A stretch of DNA of 64,000 nucleotides, taken from the IMG/VR virus record IMGVR_UViG_3300013110_000368; one strand, given 5' to 3'. Both the position numbers and the translations under genes were made by a program. Origin of the DNA: an uncultured virus (IMG/VR IMGVR_UViG_3300013110_000368). Taxonomy: Duplodnaviria > Heunggongvirae > Uroviricota > Caudoviricetes > Kyanoviridae. Below the pieces are notes generated by a model. The model was not told the origin of the DNA and ran no database searches. It saw nothing but the letters and a program-made list of their open reading frames with translations. Of this stretch, positions 58,524 to 64,000 are shown piece by piece (positions within the stretch are counted from its first letter, which is position 1; each line of letters begins with the position of its first letter).

Positions 58524-58622
58524 CTCCATAATCTAACTGTTCATCAATCGGTCAAGACCATTTCTCAACCTTCTACAATACTAATTATACCATATTGGGT
58601 ATGCCTATGTCAAGCTAAAAGT
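58524..58622 (-). repeat. 99-bp exact direct repeat, copy 2 (promoter, stem-loop and SD)
   Basis: Identical to 57624..57722; contains TTGACA-18-TATAAT at 58584-58613. Confidence 0.9.
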
Positions 58623-58654
58623 GAAGTTTTTTCAACTTTTTTTCGTTTGGGCCG

Positions 58655-58692
58655 AAAAAAAGGCATCGAATGTCTCACCGACACCCGACACC
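58655..58692 (-). terminator. Rho-independent terminator
   Basis: GGTGTCGGGTGTC-GGTGA-GACATTCGATGCC followed by T7. Confidence 0.7.
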
Positions 58693-58907
58693 TATTTAGA
58701 CGCATGGGAACGAAAAAGGTTTAGGTTATTTTCAACTTTTTTTAGAATCTCTCCACGTTTTTGGTTTCTTGCCTTTCCCCTTTCTTCGATTGGGATCACG
58801 ATTGGTGTTTTTGAGTCGATTTCTCGATTTCTGCTTACGTCTGACTTCCGTTTCTAAATGTTCAAAATCTTCGTTGTATTTTGAAATGTCTACCTTCATT
58901 TTTGATC

Positions 58908-59363
58908 TTAATCCTTTGCGAACCATCGGTTCATAATGTTTGAATTGTAATATTTCCGTTCCCCATCGGGAAACGTCGATGTCAATACATCTTCCTTGAA
59001 TTGGTATTCAGTTTCCGTGTACCCCAATTCCGATTTCGTTTTGCAAAATTTTAATATCTCAAAATCAAACCCCTCTTTCCCTAATGTTTCGATTTCTTGG
59101 TTCAGTTCATCACATGAACCAGTGTACTCTTTCCAATCGGACTCTTTCTTGACATGCTTCCGATTGACTCGGCCCTTGACTTTCTTTCGTCTGGTGAACA
59201 CCAACTGCTTCTTCCCGATGTATGACCTACCTGTGTCCTTACGTGTAATCCGATATACGAACCCGAAATAATTGGTTGGTTGAATTTCCTCATTCATCCG
59301 TACCGTTCGGTGGTATACATATTTATCTTCAAGTGTCCAATGCCCTAATTCCATCACAACCAT
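58908..59363 (-). CDS. GIY-YIG endonuclease (endonuclease II/Seg-like)
   Basis: YFGFVYRIT...SYIGKK...ESDWKEYTGS...F.FEIL...YYN. Confidence 0.85.
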   Translation of the reverse strand: MVVMELGHWTLEDKYVYHRTVRMNEEIQPTNYFGFVYRITRKDTGRSYIGKKQLVFTRRKKVKGRVNRKHVKKESDWKEYTGSCDELNQEIETLGKEGFDFEILKFCKTKSELGYTETEYQFKEDVLTSTFPDGERKYYNSNIMNRWFAKD

Positions 59364-60397
59364 TTCTTGAAATATTTATTGAAATCTTCCTTACTCCAAT
59401 TATTTGCTTCAATTTCCTCACTGGACATATGTCGTCCGATTTCTGCTCCGATTTCCGATGGGGTGTACATTTCTCCATCATAATAGACGTTCTGAATCTC
59501 AAAGTTGTCCATTATATGCTCATTGTAATCATATGTCTTATCTTCCGTACCCAATATAAAGAAATCCAGAATATTGTCGGTAAAGTACTTCTCTGCCATG
59601 TCAAATAGTTCTCTGGTCATACGAAATAGGGCCATTTTTGCTTTCTTGACCAACTGATGATTAGATCCGTGTACTGTTTCAATCTTATCAACTATACCCT
59701 TCTCTTTGAGAGATTCATCGGGATCAAAACCTTTAACTATAAACCCCTGACCACCAACCCAAAACAGTTTTGCGTGATCCAGATTTTTACTGGCATGAGA
59801 CAAATAATCTGGATACGATGATCCTTGCTCTGGGGCAAATGCAAGATAGACATCAATCAATTCAGAACTATTGCTCTTTATAAACTTAGATGCATGGTCA
59901 ATGATAGTCCTTCTCCATATCACATCCCAATTATGTAAAAAGTTTCCATCACCCGTTCTACGCATGAATTCCCTAGCAAACTGGTGTAGGTCAATCCATC
60001 TCCGACCCTGACTATCTGGTGAACTGAATATATCAAAATCTCCTTGAAATAGAACATCACCCTTAACCTCAACCAATATTCCACCAGCAGTCTCCACTCC
60101 CTCTAGCATCAAAATTCCTGATCGAACATCTTTGATTTTAGTTGTGACTGATAGAGATTTGGCACTATTCTGCAAATCAAACAATGTGGATATACCATCA
60201 ATATCGGTAACGTGAAACCCTTCACTTTCCTTTGCTACATTCTGCATCCTATCAAGCATCGGTTTGGATAAGGGAAATGGCAATGTGAACTGCCTTGACA
60301 TCCAGTACTCGTATGGTTTTGCTCTAGTACCCAACCATGCCTTGATTTGTGGTGTTGCCCTTCTGCGTTCCAAGATGAACTGTTTGAATTTTAGCAT
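59354..60397 (-). CDS. QGRRW-family paralog 2 (putative internal head protein)
   Basis: MLKFKQFILE; PLSKPM; GFHVTD...SLSVTT...GG...DSQGRRWI...YNE. Confidence 0.7.
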   Translation of the reverse strand: MLKFKQFILERRRATPQIKAWLGTRAKPYEYWMSRQFTLPFPLSKPMLDRMQNVAKESEGFHVTDIDGISTLFDLQNSAKSLSVTTKIKDVRSGILMLEGVETAGGILVEVKGDVLFQGDFDIFSSPDSQGRRWIDLHQFAREFMRRTGDGNFLHNWDVIWRRTIIDHASKFIKSNSSELIDVYLAFAPEQGSSYPDYLSHASKNLDHAKLFWVGGQGFIVKGFDPDESLKEKGIVDKIETVHGSNHQLVKKAKMALFRMTRELFDMAEKYFTDNILDFFILGTEDKTYDYNEHIMDNFEIQNVYYDGEMYTPSEIGAEIGRHMSSEEIEANNWSKEDFNKYFKKWL

Positions 60398-60399
60398 AT

Positions 60400-61410
60400 C
60401 TATACCTTGTATTTCGTTGGGAAATTCTTACCCATCTTTGCATTGAGAACTATTCTACCGTTTAGGTTTTTGATCTGTTGCATTTCATCACGCAAGAATC
60501 CACCTTTATCACCCATTTTCACAATTGGGCCCTTATAACCAGACTTTTTTAGACTAGAAATCAAATCTTTTGCATCATAATCCAAGTGCGAAACTGATTT
60601 GCTATACACCTTTGATGGATGATAGATAACCTTTAGGATTTTGATTTCTGATAAAACCAATTCATCCCATTCCGTTTGATCTCCAGATCGTTTTCCCATC
60701 GTGAGCATTTTTTGTATCTGTTCTAGGTGTTTCTTGTTTTTGAGAATTTCCTCGATACCATCCATATACCACTTGATTGCCCCTGCCTTTTCCTTTCCTG
60801 TACCATAATCTGATATTTCTGTCCAACTCTGAATATTATCACTTCTCCAATATTCTTCTGGTGTATCATAATCTGGTACTGTGACCCCATAATGCTTCTG
60901 TAACTCAGGATTCTGATTCTGTGCTTGAATTATCTGTTCATGCCCCTTCTGACGCATTTGTTGAATGTCATTCACAAAATCCATCCAACCTTCAAACACC
61001 TCACTGTGCCAATGTCTCTGGTACAATTGACCTGTTCTCAACCACCTACGTCCTTGAGTATCTCTAACAGTGGCAAAATCCTCTCCCATTTCCATCACAA
61101 CTGTACCTTTTAGAACACAATAGACACCACCTTCGGTCAAAATTCCACCACCCTTGATAAAACTATCTTCCGCACCCCTCATATCGGTCATGGTAGAGAT
61201 TTGGTTCTTTTTACCTTGCATCCTAGCAAGTCCAACCACATCTTCCTGATCGGTGATATGCATCCCATAACCTTCACGTTTAGCATTGGTTATTCGTTCC
61301 CACATGGGTTGTGAAAATGGGATTGGATACTCGTACTGGTCATCAGTGAAAATCAACTCTTTGATTTCAGTGGCAGTACCTTCTGTGATGAATTGTCTAA
61401 AGGTTTTCAC
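60400..61410 (-). CDS. QGRRW-family paralog 3 (putative internal head protein)
   Basis: MKTFRQFITE; PFSQPM; GMHITD...QISTMT...GG...DTQGRRWL...WDE. Confidence 0.7.
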   Translation of the reverse strand: MKTFRQFITEGTATEIKELIFTDDQYEYPIPFSQPMWERITNAKREGYGMHITDQEDVVGLARMQGKKNQISTMTDMRGAEDSFIKGGGILTEGGVYCVLKGTVVMEMGEDFATVRDTQGRRWLRTGQLYQRHWHSEVFEGWMDFVNDIQQMRQKGHEQIIQAQNQNPELQKHYGVTVPDYDTPEEYWRSDNIQSWTEISDYGTGKEKAGAIKWYMDGIEEILKNKKHLEQIQKMLTMGKRSGDQTEWDELVLSEIKILKVIYHPSKVYSKSVSHLDYDAKDLISSLKKSGYKGPIVKMGDKGGFLRDEMQQIKNLNGRIVLNAKMGKNFPTKYKV

Positions 61411-61862
61411 TTTCTGAATCTCCGCATCACGATCTCAGATAGAGCAATACCAGACACAAATGGGATTTTTGCTTTTTTGATTTCTTCTAAATCCTCATCT
61501 GACATGCCTTTGATTAGTTTAGTCAATTTCTGCATGGTTGGTGATGTTGGGTCTACTCTGTCGATCTTACCGAATTCTTTCTTCAGATTTTTGATCTGTT
61601 CTGGTGTAAACCCTTCTCGTTGGTATCCCTGATGTTTTTTCTGAAGTCTGCGTTCCCGATTAGGATCGAAATCCCTGTCCAAATAGATGTCGGTTTTTCT
61701 ATCGTAGTACAACCCTGCTTTCGGATCATAATACAATATCATACCGATCTCATGGAAATAAAATGGGCCCTCCATATCAGGCATCGGTGGATATTCCTTC
61801 GGATCTATTAGATTTTTACCAAGTACCTTGTACCCGTCTACAAGTTCCCTATAAGTTTTCAT
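61407..61862 (-). CDS. Hypothetical protein (LYYDP..G.YYD motif), putative internal head protein
   Basis: MKTYRELVDG; MEGPF...LYYDPKAGLYYDRKTDIYL. Confidence 0.6.
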   Translation of the reverse strand: MKTYRELVDGYKVLGKNLIDPKEYPPMPDMEGPFYFHEIGMILYYDPKAGLYYDRKTDIYLDRDFDPNRERRLQKKHQGYQREGFTPEQIKNLKKEFGKIDRVDPTSPTMQKLTKLIKGMSDEDLEEIKKAKIPFVSGIALSEIVMRRFRK

Positions 61863-63526
61863 TAGATTCCCCTTTTTGACTGCAACCAGACTGATGGTTT
61901 GTAATCAGGATCTTCATATTCAATAAACCTATCAGTTGCCTTTCCTAAAATTTCTTCCATATTCTGTGTTGTGAACATTCCCAATGCAATAGCAATTCCA
62001 TAGGCAAACAATCTATGACTTCCACCATCCTTTGATCCCAAAAGATTATATTTGGTATTTTTCTCTGCTGTAAACATCCACTCAACGAATGCCTTTTTGG
62101 TTGCATTTGTAGGTCTGAAAATACTTGTCGAGACTCCCTTATCAATACCTATAAGTTGATACTGAAATGGATTGATGTATTCATCCATTTCATAATACCC
62201 ACTGTAATCTTTATAAAGTGGGTCTGCTGATGTTTCCTCAATTGCCTCGATGCCGAAAATTTGTTCCAGATTAACATTCTCTTTCCAAGTTGGTATCATC
62301 ACTTCTCCACCCAAACTTATCATTAATAGTTCTGGATGGTCTAAATCTGCATCAACATACTTTATTTTCTCTGCAAGATCTTCACCAGCTGGAATTCTTT
62401 CTGATGGAGGTACTGCACTATTAACTAATTGATCTACCGTACCATTTTGTACTGACTTAAAGTACTCTTGGGCCCGCAGTTCTATCACCAAATTTTCATA
62501 ATGCTTATCCTTTGGTCTTTCGGCAGTTTTTGAATACATTGCATCAACAGGTATACCAGCAGAATTTCCCATCAATTCTATTTCCACAGATCCCATCCAC
62601 TTTGTTGCACCAATCAAAACCACCTCGAATTCGTTCATCGAGATTTCATTCCACGAACCATATTCATCTTCATCAGTTTGCATCATCATTTTCTGAATTT
62701 CATCCAGAAATCCCTTCTTCATTATCTTCTCCGCACCATCATACCACTGACGAACTATCCACCCTTTGGTTTTCTTGTCTGGTACTAATTCTGGACGTTC
62801 AACTCCACCAAATTCAAATGGTTTGCCTACTTGCATTTTCAATTCAGCTGCTAATTCATGAGTCATTGGTATACCACGTTTGGTGTTAAGAAGTACCCAT
62901 TCCTCATCAATATATGAACCCTGATAATTTCCAAGTTTCAATTCCCCTGCTTTCTCTGATGCAAGGTTATCGTCCTTATAGATGTGGGCAAAATTTCTCA
63001 TGTATAGATCTTTGGGGAATTTCTTAACGGCACTGAGCATTATCTCACGTTTCAATTCATGAAATAGTTCGTGCAACTTTTCTACAACTTGGAAAAAGTG
63101 CCTTTGTGATGTTGATCGTTTTGCTTGTGTTAATAGATTAGAAATACGAATCCATCTCCGACCCTGATTGTCTTGCAATGACCAAAAATCACTACCCGAT
63201 TCAAGAACTGGATACCCGTGAACGATTGTCCAAACCCCACCAGTAGTGGCAATACCACCTTTAAGCAAGTCTTTCATCACACCTCTTGGTGTTGTCATGA
63301 CCGAAATTTGTCTGGCCGAATTTTGGATTCGTATTAAGTCGTCTATCCTATCGGCATTGGTGATGTGGATACCATATTTTTCAGTTGATTCTCCCTGTAA
63401 TCGAACCATCATCTTTTTGGATAGTGGGATATGTGAATGTTCGTTGAACACCAACCAATTAACTTCTTCTACCGCTTCAATCAATAGTGGTTGTTCTTCA
63501 GTGATGAATTTTTTAAATCTCAACAT
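61862..63526 (-). CDS. QGRRW-family paralog 4 (putative internal head protein, C-terminal extension)
   Basis: MLRFKKFITEE; PLSKKM; GIHITN...QISVMT...GG...DNQGRRWI...WNE. Confidence 0.7.
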   Translation of the reverse strand: MLRFKKFITEEQPLLIEAVEEVNWLVFNEHSHIPLSKKMMVRLQGESTEKYGIHITNADRIDDLIRIQNSARQISVMTTPRGVMKDLLKGGIATTGGVWTIVHGYPVLESGSDFWSLQDNQGRRWIRISNLLTQAKRSTSQRHFFQVVEKLHELFHELKREIMLSAVKKFPKDLYMRNFAHIYKDDNLASEKAGELKLGNYQGSYIDEEWVLLNTKRGIPMTHELAAELKMQVGKPFEFGGVERPELVPDKKTKGWIVRQWYDGAEKIMKKGFLDEIQKMMMQTDEDEYGSWNEISMNEFEVVLIGATKWMGSVEIELMGNSAGIPVDAMYSKTAERPKDKHYENLVIELRAQEYFKSVQNGTVDQLVNSAVPPSERIPAGEDLAEKIKYVDADLDHPELLMISLGGEVMIPTWKENVNLEQIFGIEAIEETSADPLYKDYSGYYEMDEYINPFQYQLIGIDKGVSTSIFRPTNATKKAFVEWMFTAEKNTKYNLLGSKDGGSHRLFAYGIAIALGMFTTQNMEEILGKATDRFIEYEDPDYKPSVWLQSKRGI

Positions 63527-63722
63527 CGTCCAATTCCTTTATGTATACTAGAATTCTATCTAATTTTGCTTCTATGCGAACAAGAGTTTCTGACAATGTG
63601 GTGTCACCCAATCCCAATTTATCCTGTACCACATCTGGTACAGGTATCGGTGATGCCTTGATTGCTGTCTTGGCAACATTCCGTAAGAGATTTTTAGGTC
63701 TGAGACTCATGCTAAAATTCAA
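63513..63722 (-). CDS. Hypothetical protein
   Basis: ORF track. Confidence 0.45.
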   Translation of the reverse strand: MNFSMSLRPKNLLRNVAKTAIKASPIPVPDVVQDKLGLGDTTLSETLVRIEAKLDRILVYIKELDDVEI

Positions 63723-63759
63723 ACTCCAATCCCTTATTGAATCTTAGCATGATTTCCCC

Positions 63760-63990
63760 CTATAAGTCCATGTGTGTAACTTGGTATTCCTCTGCACTTG
63801 CCGAAACTTCGACCTTATCTGCTTCCTTTTCTTCGATGAACAAATGTCGCAATGACTTGCGTTGTTTGTCCTTTCTGCGTTGTACTGCATCTGCATAGGT
63901 ATCGTTTTCGTCATACAAGAATTGCAATTCCTGATGTGAGAAAAACTCATACAAACGACTTGGATGCGTACCAAACCCCATCCACGTCAT
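63760..63990 (-). CDS. Hypothetical protein
   Basis: ORF track. Confidence 0.4.
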   Translation of the reverse strand: MTWMGFGTHPSRLYEFFSHQELQFLYDENDTYADAVQRRKDKQRKSLRHLFIEEKEADKVEVSASAEEYQVTHMDL

Positions 63991-64000
63991 AACGTCTATG

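Noticed and set aside
46696..58622. Repeated attataccat...tgtcaagctaaaa as a CRISPR array
   Set aside because: Spacing is irregular and the interior variable; it reads as TTGACA/TATAAT promoters, and no cas genes are present
1..64000. Alternative genetic code or stop-codon reassignment
   Set aside because: Conserved genes are full length under the standard code and end with TAA, TAG and TGA

Overview
This window is a 64 kb segment of a large, AT-rich, T4-like (myovirus) bacteriophage genome with dense coding, mostly on the minus strand. It holds a sugar-modification cluster (NTP-transferase, cupin, GT9) and a full baseplate/tail module: a VrlC-like 1928-aa protein, gp8, gp7, gp6, gp25, PAAR, gp5, gp27-like, gp53, gp48, and a plus-strand block gp4, gp2, gp54-like, gp26, gp51 and a tape-measure-like gene. 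It also carries replication and transcription genes (gp32, gp59, gp33, gp55, RNase H, ThyX, exonuclease, GIY-YIG nuclease), a GH108 endolysin, and an early region driven by near-identical sigma70 promoter cassettes. The most unusual observations are: (1) a circularly permuted two-piece tmRNA gene whose intervening segment is an intact tRNA-Ala(UGC); (2) a phage-encoded flagellin with degenerate N-terminal motifs and two small neighbours with weak flagellar-like motifs; (3) a candidate -1 frameshift fusing gp26 to gp51 ahead of the tape-measure gene; (4) four paralogous proteins with capsid-targeting-like N-termini and an ADP-ribosyltransferase-like H..S..E pattern; (5) a circularly permuted YkgJ/FliB-type Cys-cluster protein; and (6) a dispersed heptose activation/transfer gene set. 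All calls come from reading motifs by eye; no database searches were run.
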